From IMG/VR virus record IMGVR_UViG_3300003320_000433: a stretch of 64,000 nucleotides of DNA; one strand, written 5' to 3'. Positions 8,860 to 19,069 of this stretch are shown in pieces. The stretch is from an uncultured virus (IMG/VR IMGVR_UViG_3300003320_000433). Taxonomy: Duplodnaviria; Heunggongvirae; Uroviricota; Caudoviricetes. Numbering within the stretch: position 1 is the first letter of the stretch; each line of letters begins with the position of its first letter. The position numbers and the translations under genes are program-made. A model generated the notes under the pieces. It searched no databases, had not been told where the DNA came from, and saw only the letters and a program-made list of their open reading frames with translations.

Positions 8860-10760
8860 GCAGTCGTGTTGTCCGTGATCAGGCCGAGCGTGGCGAGCGC
8901 CGTGATCAGAGATGCGAGAGCAGCATTTCCGCCTCGCGATCCTGTGACAGTCTGTCGACCCACGTTGATGTCTCCGAAGAATCCCACGGTTCCGAAGAAC
9001 CTCATTCCTCCGTCAACCTGTCCGTTGGAGATGTCGGTGTATCCGGTGAGGCTCTTGTTGCCAGCGATGGTCTGGTCGCCAGTCGTCTTGACGACATTGC
9101 CAGCGTCTCCGAACACGGTCAGGCTGTCGTCTGTGGCCATGGAGTCAGCTGCCAGCCTGTACAGGTTGACATCTCCTGTTGAACCGAGCTGAAGCGCTCC
9201 AGCCGCACCGATGCGGAATGTGTCATCGGTCCCGAGGAGATTCGCAGCCATGCGATACAGATTGGTGTCACGAGCCGCATTCCCAGGACCCCATTCCTGG
9301 AGGCCATCCGCATATCGGCGATACCTGTCGAAGGTGTCGCCTGTGACGAGCGAGGCCAGAGCGACGGTGGCTGCTGTGGCGAGCGTGGCGTTGATCGTGC
9401 CGGTCATCGTGCCGCCGGAAAGAGCAAGGGCGAGCGCGAGCGTGGATGAGACACCAGCCGGGTTCTCGCTGAACCGGGCGGCAGAGATGATCCTGGCCTG
9501 AGACGAGACGCTCAGGTTCGAGCAGTTCTTCGTCATGACGAGATATCCGATCAGCACACCGTCGTTGTTGATCGGATTCTTCACGTATGCAGACGTGTTG
9601 ATCGCTGCCACGGCCGCATCGAGACTGCTGTAGACCGTCTGGCCATACTGCACGACGATCTGATTCGCGACATCGTTCTCGGGGAATAGGAACACACGCT
9701 GGATCGTGGCCACGGTGCCCGCACCCGGAATCGCCGTGATGACGCCGCCGTTGTCGTAGCTGCCAGGGATGACACTTGTCACGGTCGGCACAGGAGCCGA
9801 AGGTGTACGCGTGACATAGCGCATCGTCACGGGATTCTGTGCAGCGACAGACGTGACATGCGGATCGTTTTGATACACGTCGTTCTCGTACTTGCTGAAT
9901 CCACGGTCGAACACCGTTCCGGATTCCTTGGCGAGCGTGAGATTCGTGCTAGCAGCAGACAGCCGGTTGCCAGAGATGTTGAATGGACCGATGGCGTCCA
10001 TGAGGTCGTACAGCTGATTGATCGGGTTCGACAGCTGCTGATTGATGGTCTGCTCAAGAAGCACATCGCCAGCAGATATGACCACTGCTCCGAGCTGGAT
10101 GTGCGTGCGACGCTGCGAGTTGGTTGGCTTCGTCGTCTGCTGAACGATCGCTCCAGCCGAGCTGACCATCAGCCATGTGACTGGCGACACGAGGTCTGTG
10201 ATGGTCACCGTCTGCGCCGAGATGGGCACGAGCGTTACGGTTGGCGATCCGTCGTCCGCAGTGTAATCCACTACGATGCCTGAACCCGCCGTGAGCGCGA
10301 CAGCCCCGACCGTTGCGCTGTTGTTGAGCTGGGCACCCCAGAGGATGCCGGTGTCGAGCCCCATGACCTTGACAGCCTCGGTGCGGAACACAGAGGCGCT
10401 GGACAGAGCCGGGCTCGTCGACGTCGAATCCAAGATGTCCGACAGGATGACGCTCGGCTCGTTCTTGCTGAGGACCGAATAGCGCGTCCATCCGGGCGCA
10501 TTCGTGAACTCGGCAATGATGGTGTAGGACCATCCGGTCGGCGAGATGCCCGTGGCGTCCTGCGGGACGAGCGAGATCGAGAACGCTCCATCGACGAGTT
10601 CCGCAACGGCTTCTCCTCCGAGGGTGTAGTCGTCCGTGGGGACCACTGCCAGATCCGGAGCGATGAATCGGATGTGCCCCTTGACGAACGTTCCGTCGGG
10701 CAGCGTGAGCGGCTCTCCGCTGCTGACGGTTACCTTTTCCACTCCTACGGGGATGGCCAT
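8856..10760 (-). CDS. tail fibre / minor tail protein
   Basis: Thr/Ser/Gly-rich 634 aa; repeated D(T/V)NLYRxAA..xTDD; C-terminal TVTGSRGGNAALASLITALATLGLI. Confidence 0.75.
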   Translation of the reverse strand: MAIPVGVEKVTVSSGEPLTLPDGTFVKGHIRFIAPDLAVVPTDDYTLGGEAVAELVDGAFSISLVPQDATGISPTGWSYTIIAEFTNAPGWTRYSVLSKNEPSVILSDILDSTSTSPALSSASVFRTEAVKVMGLDTGILWGAQLNNSATVGAVALTAGSGIVVDYTADDGSPTVTLVPISAQTVTITDLVSPVTWLMVSSAGAIVQQTTKPTNSQRRTHIQLGAVVISAGDVLLEQTINQQLSNPINQLYDLMDAIGPFNISGNRLSAASTNLTLAKESGTVFDRGFSKYENDVYQNDPHVTSVAAQNPVTMRYVTRTPSAPVPTVTSVIPGSYDNGGVITAIPGAGTVATIQRVFLFPENDVANQIVVQYGQTVYSSLDAAVAAINTSAYVKNPINNDGVLIGYLVMTKNCSNLSVSSQARIISAARFSENPAGVSSTLALALALSGGTMTGTINATLATAATVALASLVTGDTFDRYRRYADGLQEWGPGNAARDTNLYRMAANLLGTDDTFRIGAAGALQLGSTGDVNLYRLAADSMATDDSLTVFGDAGNVVKTTGDQTIAGNKSLTGYTDISNGQVDGGMRFFGTVGFFGDINVGRQTVTGSRGGNAALASLITALATLGLITDNTTA

Positions 10761-10785
10761 TGCAGAACTCCTCGATGTGTAGGTG

Positions 10786-11022
10786 CTACTTGATGAGCTG
10801 CTTCTCGTCGTTCTCGATGCTCGTGTTGAGAGCACCCATCATCTTCTGGCCGATCTCCGACGCCATGAAGCGCGTCACGACGCCGGACACGGCGACGACG
10901 GAAGCGAGCCAGCCAGCAGCCTCCACGCCGCCGACCTGCTGGACGAGGAGTGGCGCGACGACAGCCGCACCGACGACGACCTGGATGATGGTTCTGACGG
11001 TGACCTTGGTCTTGTGGTTCAT
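10786..11022 (-). CDS. holin
   Basis: 78 aa with two TM segments (RTIIQ...VVTRFMA), directly after the endolysin. Confidence 0.75.
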   Translation of the reverse strand: MNHKTKVTVRTIIQVVVGAAVVAPLLVQQVGGVEAAGWLASVVAVSGVVTRFMASEIGQKMMGALNTSIENDEKQLIK

Positions 11023-11033
11023 GGTGCCTCCTG

Positions 11034-12038
11034 CTAGTCCTTGAGTCGAGCGGCGAGCTTGTCGGCGACCTTCTCGGCGAGCGCGTCCATCTGCGCTTCC
11101 GTGAGGCCCGTGGCCGACATCGAGCCGAGCGCCGACTTGATGTGGGCAGTGTCGTCCAGGAGCGCGGTGAGCTTGGCGAGAGCCTCACGACCGGCGCGGA
11201 CGATGGTGTACAGCGCGTACTTGACGGTCCACGTGCCGTTCTTGATTGTCTTGCCGTCGGCCTCGTAGTAGTCCGGATTGTTGTACGGAGCGGGCTGCGC
11301 GGGGATCTCGTCCGCGTACCAGATGTTGTGGATGTCGTCCTTGCTGAGCGACACGGCGGTGCCACCTCCTGTGTTGTTGTCGGGGGCAGTGCTGGCGTTC
11401 CACTTGCCAGCCGGAAGAGCGAGCGCGGCCTTGACGTCCGAACGGAACTTCGTCATCGTGAAGCCACGCGGATCGATCTTCCAGTTCGACCACTCCAGGT
11501 GGCCGATGGCCGACTTCTCGGTCCATCCGTAGTGGCGCAGGATGGCGACAGTCGCCTTGACCATGGCCACGTACTGCACGAACGGCCAGGGGTCCTTGCC
11601 GTCGCCGAGGTTCTCGCACTCGAAGCCGTAGAAGCAGTCGTTGCCATCGGCTGCACCGGGAGAGCCCTCGTGGTATTCCGTCGCTGTCGGCTTGGTGTCG
11701 TACGACTCGTTGACGACCTGGTTGAGGACGCGCGGGTCGCCTCCGCCTGCATGATTGGCACGTCCCGCACTGCACATCAGGGCTTCGCCAGCCTTGTTGA
11801 TGTACACATGAGCACGTGGCCCAGGCAGGGACGAGTTGCCGTCGTAGACGATGTTGAAGTCGTCATGTCCTGCAGTGTGATGGATGAGAACGCCGTGGAT
11901 CGGGCCGAACGTCTTGCCCGTCTCGTCGTCTCGCTCGTGCGTGGCCCAGCCAGACCGAGGCGTCTTCACGATGACGCCCTCTGCACGCAGCACCGTGACG
12001 AGCGTGCTTGCGCTCATCGGATTCGCCATTCCTGGCAC
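11034..12038 (-). CDS. endolysin, N-acetylmuramoyl-L-alanine amidase
   Basis: LIHHTAG, GRANHAG, YGFECEN, IGHLEW..KIDP (Amidase_2 Zn ligands). Confidence 0.9.
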   Translation of the reverse strand: MPGMANPMSASTLVTVLRAEGVIVKTPRSGWATHERDDETGKTFGPIHGVLIHHTAGHDDFNIVYDGNSSLPGPRAHVYINKAGEALMCSAGRANHAGGGDPRVLNQVVNESYDTKPTATEYHEGSPGAADGNDCFYGFECENLGDGKDPWPFVQYVAMVKATVAILRHYGWTEKSAIGHLEWSNWKIDPRGFTMTKFRSDVKAALALPAGKWNASTAPDNNTGGGTAVSLSKDDIHNIWYADEIPAQPAPYNNPDYYEADGKTIKNGTWTVKYALYTIVRAGREALAKLTALLDDTAHIKSALGSMSATGLTEAQMDALAEKVADKLAARLKD

Positions 12039-12195
12039 CTACTTTCTCCCCCGAGTTGTGTTCCGATACCAATCATACCCGGACACGTCGCCCGGAGAGC
12101 CTCCGTAAAGCGCCGTAGAGGCCCGCGTAGCAGCCCCGTAGCTCAGGGTCGGTACGCGGGCCTCAGAGGCAGCCGTTCGGGCCTTACGCGGGCTC

Positions 12196-12402
12196 TCAGC
12201 CCTTTGGGGTTGAACCCGGAATGAGATTGACGACGGAGGCGATCACCGCCGCTCCCGTCCCGTACCTCCAGTACTCCAAGGCTCTGATCCTCGACCGGAA
12301 GTCGGTCCGGTCCTCGCGGGTCCTCTCCAAGATCTGGTCGACCTTGGTTTCGATCCTGGCCAGTCTCTCCGGGATCGAATCCTCTGAGGTGTTCGGCGGC
12401 AT
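12196..12402 (-). CDS. small coiled-coil/TM lysis-associated protein
   Basis: ERLARIETKVD...RIRALEYWRY plus hydrophobic tail; AAAGGAG RBS. Confidence 0.65.
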   Translation of the reverse strand: MPPNTSEDSIPERLARIETKVDQILERTREDRTDFRSRIRALEYWRYGTGAAVIASVVNLIPGSTPKG

Positions 12403-12471
12403 CGCGTAGGCTCCTTTCAGCTGACAGCGGTAATCCTACCCACTGCTCAGAAAGCGCGCTCTATCGGGTGC

Positions 12472-12978
12472 TCATTCAGCCTCGTATTCGATCACACCCT
12501 TAACAGTTGAACCAGAACCGAATGTGAACGGCGTGACGCGGTCAACAAGACCCGTATTTGCAATTGCACCAGCGTCGACCCGGTTGTTTGCAAGCTCGAT
12601 CTCTACAGTGGTTGTTGAGAACAAACGTGCACGACATATACACCTGGCACCTACAGCAGACGTAGATATGAAGAAATCTCCAACAGCCTGAACAAGAGTG
12701 CCCGACGAAGTTGCCGGCACTGGAAGGCTGAATGTGAAGTTGTCAGCTGTGGTTCCTGCATTGAAGTTGGTTGTAGATCCGAATGTGATGTCGAAGTGCG
12801 CAACTACCAGGTCGCCCGACTGCGAATAACGACAGTCGATGACTGCGTTGCCATACGTCGGGATGTTGGCTCCAGACGTTGTGCTCCAATCAGGCGTCCA
12901 GTCGTACATCTTGGGAAGCATGTTGGCAAGGCGCTCCGAAGACACACGGTCTCCTGCGGCCCATTGTGTGGCGCTCAT
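12472..12978 (-). CDS. minor tail protein (paralog B)
   Basis: Tail module position; similar to 12988-13479. Confidence 0.75.
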   Translation of the reverse strand: MSATQWAAGDRVSSERLANMLPKMYDWTPDWSTTSGANIPTYGNAVIDCRYSQSGDLVVAHFDITFGSTTNFNAGTTADNFTFSLPVPATSSGTLVQAVGDFFISTSAVGARCICRARLFSTTTVEIELANNRVDAGAIANTGLVDRVTPFTFGSGSTVKGVIEYEAE

Positions 12979-12987
12979 GCCGACTCC

Positions 12988-13479
12988 TCACGCAGCCTCG
13001 TACCGGATGACGCCCTTGAGCGTATGCCCCGATGCCCATGTCCACGGAGTGAGTGCATCGACGAGGCCCGTGTTCGCAGCAGCCACACCGTCCGGAGCAC
13101 CGCCGCCGAGCTCCATCTCGAAGAATGTTGTGCCAGTGAAACGGGCGCGACATGGATGCCGCTTCGCAGTGCTCTGCTCCACGAAGATGACGCCGGTCGC
13201 CTGAGTCGTGGACGCAGCCGTCACGGGCAGGCCGATGCGCCAGTTGGACCCGGTGCTCGCTGTTCCGAATGTAGAGGTCGAGCCCCAAACGATGTTGTAA
13301 TGCGCGGTGACCAGATCTCCGGACTGCGAGTACCTGCACAACACCGTGGCGTTGCCGTAGGTCGGAGCCGTACCCGACGACACGCCGAGCGTAGGAGTGA
13401 AATCGGAGAACTTGTTCAACATGTTGGCCAGACGCTCGGCCGTCACACGCTGTCCCCCGAGCCACGGAGACGAACTCAT
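12988..13479 (-). CDS. minor tail protein (paralog A)
   Basis: Shares ERLANML, PTYGNA and CRYSQSGDLV with its neighbour. Confidence 0.75.
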   Translation of the reverse strand: MSSSPWLGGQRVTAERLANMLNKFSDFTPTLGVSSGTAPTYGNATVLCRYSQSGDLVTAHYNIVWGSTSTFGTASTGSNWRIGLPVTAASTTQATGVIFVEQSTAKRHPCRARFTGTTFFEMELGGGAPDGVAAANTGLVDALTPWTWASGHTLKGVIRYEAA

Positions 13480-13492
13480 CAGAGCCCTCCAA

Positions 13493-16400
13493 TTACCTCA
13501 TCGTCGTGAAAAGTGGTTCGTTGACATTCACGTCGGATCCGGCCGGGAGAGACTTCACGACTCCGTTCCTGGATCGCTCGACATTGAACACCTGCGGATG
13601 ATTGTTCTTCGCGAAACTATACGCGATGGTCGGGTTCACATTGGTGTTCGACGAGAATGAGATCGACCTGAATCCCTGGAGCGTGCCGGTTGTGAGGCTT
13701 GTGTCAGTGGCTTCCAGGTCCCACTGGCGCGAGATGTCTTGGCCGTTCGTTTGGTCCCAGAGCTGTGCCTTGAGCGAGGACCCACGGATGTAGAACCTCA
13801 GGCCATATCCGCGATTCGCAACGTGCGCGATCTGTGTGTCGAGCGATGCGATCTCTGTCTCGACAGCAGCCACGCGCTTCCGCAGACTGAGCGTCAGGAA
13901 GCCGGTCGTCTTGAACTCGATCCGTGCTGCATACAGATTGTCGCTGTCTGCGTATCGACCTGTGATGCTTCCCGTCAGGCTTCCGCCGGTTGCAAGCTCG
14001 TGCGTGCCGATGATGCACGTAACGTCCATGTCGTCGCTAAGCTTGTTAATGAACGTCCTGCGAGAGACATTCACGCTCGCGAGAACGTGTCGTCCCTCAA
14101 GCGATGCGGAATCTACCGAGTAGTCGGTCGCGGAGCCTCCACCGGTTCCGTAGACGTGGCCCGAGTCAGAGGTGCCCCAGCCGCTCGCAACAGTCCTGAA
14201 GAAGGAGTCGTGATACTTCGGGATGCACGAGTCTGCACGGACAACCTCGCCCGCCACTCGGAGTGCAAGCGGATAATCGTCCTCGCTGAACTGCACGTAA
14301 ACAGAGGACCCCGTGCGACGGAGTCGAGCCTCTGTGCCGTACACAGCCGTCGAGACAGGAACCGATCCGGAGCCGCCCTCGTCATCCAGGCTGAAGTGGA
14401 CCGCACCGCGAGAAGCACTCGCAGGAGCGATCATCGAGCCCGACAGGTATATCCACGTCTTCGCCGGGATCGCTATCGTCGATCCGCTGGACGTTGCCAG
14501 ATATGTGTTGGATGCATCGGCCCAGTTGATCGCGATGCGGGCGCGAATGTTGGTCGTCGCGTAGATCCAGCCGTTCGCGAAATACGACAGGCCTGGGGTA
14601 ACTGTTCCCGCTGCAGACGAAGCGTTCAGAATCGACTGGATCGTCGAAGATCCATCGCTCGTGAACTGCGCGGCCTTGTCGGCGTCGAACGGCGGGAACC
14701 CAGGAGCGTCCGCATACGCCAGCGTTCCGCCCTGTGCGCTCCAGTTGGTGATACCGGTTCGCATCGAGGCATTCGTGCTGATCACTGGATATGCACTCGC
14801 CCACGGAACCTTGGCCTCGTCCGACATGATCGCTTCGAGCGCGGTGTCGGTCGTGCTCATCGCAGTGAGCAGAGTTGACCCGTTCAGGTCGGCTCGGTTG
14901 TAGGCGTTGGTTGCAGACTCCAGGCTGTCCTGATTCGACTGCGTGGCTCCGACGCGGTACGGGTCGCCGGGGATGCAGATGAACGTGATCTTCCACTCGT
15001 TCGGACCCATGGTCTCGTTGTATCCGATGACGATCAGGTCAACGTCGTCCGGCGGAAGGTCGCTCGGGAGATTCGTCAGACGGATCATGTCGCCAACGTC
15101 GACATTGAAGATCTCAGTGGCGAATGCGGCCACGCGGTCGTTCGCGAGATTGAGAGTGATCTTGGTGTATCGCAGGCCGTCAAATGTACCTGTGTGCAGC
15201 AGCCAAGATGCCAGGTTTTCGGCCAGCCCAAGGTTCTCAAGGCTGTAGGTGTACTCAACGTCGTACAGGCCAACACCATTCGGCGGGCTCTGAATCGACA
15301 TCGTTCCGCTCTCAAGCACCTGCGGAGAGCTGCTAGATCCTCCATCAACGGTAACGACCACGCTGTTGCGCGTGAGCTTGTCATCGTCCACCGGGTCGAA
15401 CGGAGGACTGATGATTCCATTGGAGTAATCCAGAATGACTCCGGGCTCCTGGTTGAGCATCGTCGTCATGGACCTGTACGAGATCTCCAGGGCATCTCGC
15501 GCCTCAAGGAGGAAGCCCTGGTCCGATATTGCGCATTCGGTGATCAGGTCCACGAGCGTCTTGATGCGCTGCGGACCCATGGTGATCTGGTTGGACTTCG
15601 GCGTGTAGTTATACGATGCAATGACACCGCTTTCGCTACACAGCCTGACGATCCTGCCGCCAGCCGTCTCACCGGCATACGCATCGAGCTGCTCAACGAT
15701 GTCGAACAGGTTGGTCTCGGCAGCCTGGAATGTCACGTGGCCCATCACTGTCTGGCCGAGACCAGCGGTCGAACCGAGCGTGATCTTGGTGACACGGCCC
15801 ACGGTTGCGCCATTGAGCGTGTCCACGAGTACGTTCGCGAGCGCCGCATTCGGCTCAAGCGAACCCATGGTGACCTGGACGTTGGCTCCGACCTGCGTGA
15901 GGCCGACTGAGAATCGCAGCAGCTTGCCGTCCACATCGAACGAGATGGGGCCTGTGTTGTCGATCTCTACGTTGTCGCCGTCGACCATCTGAACCTGAAG
16001 CGCTCCGCCTGTCGTGTAGATCAGGTTGAATGCCTTTGCCGTTCCTGTGCACGCCATGCGCATGATGACTGCATTGTTGGTCGTGCCGCCGGAAGGCACA
16101 TTCAGGAAGAATCGAACCTGGCTCGATCCGGTCGTCGTGTAGGACCGCACGGTCATATCGACAGTGCCGGCATTCATCGTTGGCAGTGCATCAGACGACG
16201 CGAACGGAGACGAGGACGCCAGATCGATGCCGCCCTTGATGATGCCGTTGGGGCCACCGTCGAGACCTGACGTGATGGCTGTCGCCTCAGAGCCGTCCTC
16301 CCAGGGCCAGTACTCCAGGATGGGCGCGTCCGGGTCGTTGAAGGTGATGGAGCGGAACGCGGCAGACTTGAGCGGCTTGGCTCCTGAGCCCAGCCTACGC

Positions 16401-17407
16401 AGGATTCCGGCGGGTGCGACAGGAACCGTCACGTGCCCCGACAAAGTCCGCTTAGGCGGCCATGCAGGCACCTCCCCGGCCAGGCGGGTGTGCGTGTTCG
16501 AGATGACAGCCGTACCTGTCAGCGACCAGCTTCGGCCAACCGAGTCTGTCCACGCGGTCGTGCCAGCAGTCAGGCTCGTGAAGTCTGCATCTGCAACAAG
16601 TGTGCCGTTGATTCCGTTGTAGCACTGGAATGCGTAGAACCGGCCAATGGGCCGACCCAGCAGAATGCCGTCAGTGTTGCCGACGTCGAGCGGAGAGGTG
16701 GAATTGAAGATGCTCGTCGTGCCGCTGGTGGTAACTGTCTGATTGCCGAACTGCGTCCACGGACCGGCGATCGTCGGCGCAGTGTAGAACGTGACGGTGT
16801 ATCCACCCGAGCCATTGTTCACGTCCAACGTGGCGCGGAGCGCGATGCGGGCATTCGGCGGCACACGCAGCACTTCGCTTGAGACGACGCTCACGCCGGT
16901 TGCGCCGGTGCCGTCCGTTGTCCAAGTGAATTCGATCGTACCGTTGGCCAGCTGGAGGAATCGCCACGACCGCTGATCGCCTGTGATTTGCTGCTTGTTG
17001 CACAGCTCGGTGATCTGTGGGAAGTTCCAGTTCTCCAGCTGAGCCTCGACGCGGACGTCTATGTCGCCAGTGATATCGAGTGCAGCATCGTCCGGCGTCC
17101 GAGCGCTCGACAGCGTGTTGTCGACGTCAGGGATCTCCAGCCACGGCTTGCCGGCATCAACCTTGAAGCGGATCGGCGTGTTACGCCCGATCTTGCCGTA
17201 CAGAGTGCTGTTGGGGTTCTTGGGGCTGAACTTGCCCGTGGGATTCTGCAGGAGAGCCGAGCCCTCGTTGGGGTCCGGCTGGTTCCCCTCCGACGTCGTA
17301 CCCCGCGTGATCTCGACCTGCTCAGTCTGACTGAGTGCGTCCGTGATGTCGTTCCACACGCCGTCGTAGAACAGGTCTGCTTGCATGCGGGGCGGCAGGC
17401 TCGGCAT
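13493..17407 (-). CDS. large minor tail / baseplate protein, probable carbohydrate-binding domains
   Basis: 1304 aa, beta-rich, immediately after the tape measure gene. Confidence 0.75.
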   Translation of the reverse strand: MPSLPPRMQADLFYDGVWNDITDALSQTEQVEITRGTTSEGNQPDPNEGSALLQNPTGKFSPKNPNSTLYGKIGRNTPIRFKVDAGKPWLEIPDVDNTLSSARTPDDAALDITGDIDVRVEAQLENWNFPQITELCNKQQITGDQRSWRFLQLANGTIEFTWTTDGTGATGVSVVSSEVLRVPPNARIALRATLDVNNGSGGYTVTFYTAPTIAGPWTQFGNQTVTTSGTTSIFNSTSPLDVGNTDGILLGRPIGRFYAFQCYNGINGTLVADADFTSLTAGTTAWTDSVGRSWSLTGTAVISNTHTRLAGEVPAWPPKRTLSGHVTVPVAPAGILRRLGSGAKPLKSAAFRSITFNDPDAPILEYWPWEDGSEATAITSGLDGGPNGIIKGGIDLASSSPFASSDALPTMNAGTVDMTVRSYTTTGSSQVRFFLNVPSGGTTNNAVIMRMACTGTAKAFNLIYTTGGALQVQMVDGDNVEIDNTGPISFDVDGKLLRFSVGLTQVGANVQVTMGSLEPNAALANVLVDTLNGATVGRVTKITLGSTAGLGQTVMGHVTFQAAETNLFDIVEQLDAYAGETAGGRIVRLCSESGVIASYNYTPKSNQITMGPQRIKTLVDLITECAISDQGFLLEARDALEISYRSMTTMLNQEPGVILDYSNGIISPPFDPVDDDKLTRNSVVVTVDGGSSSSPQVLESGTMSIQSPPNGVGLYDVEYTYSLENLGLAENLASWLLHTGTFDGLRYTKITLNLANDRVAAFATEIFNVDVGDMIRLTNLPSDLPPDDVDLIVIGYNETMGPNEWKITFICIPGDPYRVGATQSNQDSLESATNAYNRADLNGSTLLTAMSTTDTALEAIMSDEAKVPWASAYPVISTNASMRTGITNWSAQGGTLAYADAPGFPPFDADKAAQFTSDGSSTIQSILNASSAAGTVTPGLSYFANGWIYATTNIRARIAINWADASNTYLATSSGSTIAIPAKTWIYLSGSMIAPASASRGAVHFSLDDEGGSGSVPVSTAVYGTEARLRRTGSSVYVQFSEDDYPLALRVAGEVVRADSCIPKYHDSFFRTVASGWGTSDSGHVYGTGGGSATDYSVDSASLEGRHVLASVNVSRRTFINKLSDDMDVTCIIGTHELATGGSLTGSITGRYADSDNLYAARIEFKTTGFLTLSLRKRVAAVETEIASLDTQIAHVANRGYGLRFYIRGSSLKAQLWDQTNGQDISRQWDLEATDTSLTTGTLQGFRSISFSSNTNVNPTIAYSFAKNNHPQVFNVERSRNGVVKSLPAGSDVNVNEPLFTTMR

Positions 17408-17410
17408 CTC

Positions 17411-19069
17411 TCATCCCTCCGCGAACTTGACTACGCTTCCACCGGCCTGGGTGCGAACAGACTCCTGGAAGAACTCTCGGAATGCCCTGCTGCCACCCTT
17501 GAATTCGATAACGGCGACAGCCGTAGTCTGATTGCCACCGGCCATGTTAAGCATACCCTGAAGCTTGCTCAAAGGCAGAACAGCCTCCTGCTCACTTCCT
17601 TCGCCAATCATGGCGAGAGTCGGGCCGGTTGTCACACCACCATCTGCGAGATATGGGATGTACGGCACGTGCGGAATGTTGACGCCGGGGAGACGGTTCA
17701 CTCCGCTGATCAGGCTGTTGATTCCGCCAATGGCGCTGTTGATGAGTCCAATGGCTCCATTCAGCGCAGAGCGGAGGCCATTGCTGATTCCGCTCCACAT
17801 TCCGCTGAAGAATCCCTTGATGCGCTTCACAGCGTCACGAACGAATCCAGCAGCCTTGTCCCAGGCACCCTTGATCCAGCCGGTGATTCCGCCCCAGTTC
17901 TTGATGATGATTCCGAGCGGCATGAAGTTGAAGAAGATGTACTTGATGACGCTGATGGCTCCAGAGATCACGGCCTTGATCTTGTTCCACAGGCTGACGA
18001 AGAACGACCACACTGCATTCCATGCGGTCGAGATCCCCGACTTGATCGCTTCCCATGCCTTGGACAACCATCCCATGATCGCGTTCCACACAGCGATCGT
18101 TGCGGCCTTGATCTGGTCCCAATACATGATGATCAGGACGACCACGGCGATGATGGCAGCGACGATGAGTGCGATCGGCCAAATGGAAAGCAGCCATGCA
18201 GCAGCCATTGCGATGGCAGAAGCCGTGGCGGACGCAGCCATGGCGATCCAGCTACCAACCCACGCAGCAGCCGTGGCGACGGCCGAGGCAACGGCGGTCG
18301 CAGCGGTGGCTACAGTCTCTGCCCCGAACAGGGCGAACGTGCCGATGAGGCCGAACAGTGCTGTGGCGATCTGTGAGACCATGCCGACCCAGCTGCCCAT
18401 GACACCGGCTCCAACGACATTACGCTGTGCCTCGTTAAGGTCGAGCTGTGCATTGCTCGCATCGATGGCGGCCTGCTTGCCGTCCTGGTTCGCCTGCTTG
18501 TAGTCCTCGGTGGCCTGCTTGGCATCGATGTCGGCCTGCGTCGCGTCGGCTGTCGCCTGCTCAAGGTCGATCTGCGCCTGCTGGGCCTCGATGGAGTTCT
18601 TGCCGTGCTCCTTGACAGCGGTGTTGTAGTCGTCCTGCGCCTTCTTCTGGTCCAGCAGGGCCTGCTTCAGGTCGATGCCAGCCTGCTTGCCGTCAAGCTG
18701 AGCCTGGTTCGCGTCGATCTGGCTCTGAGCCATGTCTCGCGTCGCCTGCTCAACGTCGAGCGCGGCCTGAGCCACGTCGTTCTGTGCACGCTGGAGGTCG
18801 TCGGCTCGCTGTGCGCCGGTGTTCCACAGGTCGACTGCCTGGTTGACAATGTCGTCCATGGAGGCGAATGCAGCGCTCGCGCCGATGGCTCCGACGCCGA
18901 TCTTGTCCATGTGTCCGGCGAGACCCTGTGCGCTGTTGCCAGCTTCGTCCAGGTCAGACCCAGCCGTGTTGGCGGCATTGCCGAGATCGTCTAGGCTGTT
19001 GGAGGCGTCGTTGATCGTTGCAGGCGTGTTGCCAAGGTTGGCGTCAATGTCAATCGTTACGTCGGCCAT
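17411..19069 (-). CDS. tape measure protein (short, ~552 aa)
   Basis: Follows the chaperones; Ala/Gln coiled coil, TM region and W-x10 repeats. Confidence 0.85.
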   Translation of the reverse strand: MADVTIDIDANLGNTPATINDASNSLDDLGNAANTAGSDLDEAGNSAQGLAGHMDKIGVGAIGASAAFASMDDIVNQAVDLWNTGAQRADDLQRAQNDVAQAALDVEQATRDMAQSQIDANQAQLDGKQAGIDLKQALLDQKKAQDDYNTAVKEHGKNSIEAQQAQIDLEQATADATQADIDAKQATEDYKQANQDGKQAAIDASNAQLDLNEAQRNVVGAGVMGSWVGMVSQIATALFGLIGTFALFGAETVATAATAVASAVATAAAWVGSWIAMAASATASAIAMAAAWLLSIWPIALIVAAIIAVVVLIIMYWDQIKAATIAVWNAIMGWLSKAWEAIKSGISTAWNAVWSFFVSLWNKIKAVISGAISVIKYIFFNFMPLGIIIKNWGGITGWIKGAWDKAAGFVRDAVKRIKGFFSGMWSGISNGLRSALNGAIGLINSAIGGINSLISGVNRLPGVNIPHVPYIPYLADGGVTTGPTLAMIGEGSEQEAVLPLSKLQGMLNMAGGNQTTAVAVIEFKGGSRAFREFFQESVRTQAGGSVVKFAEG

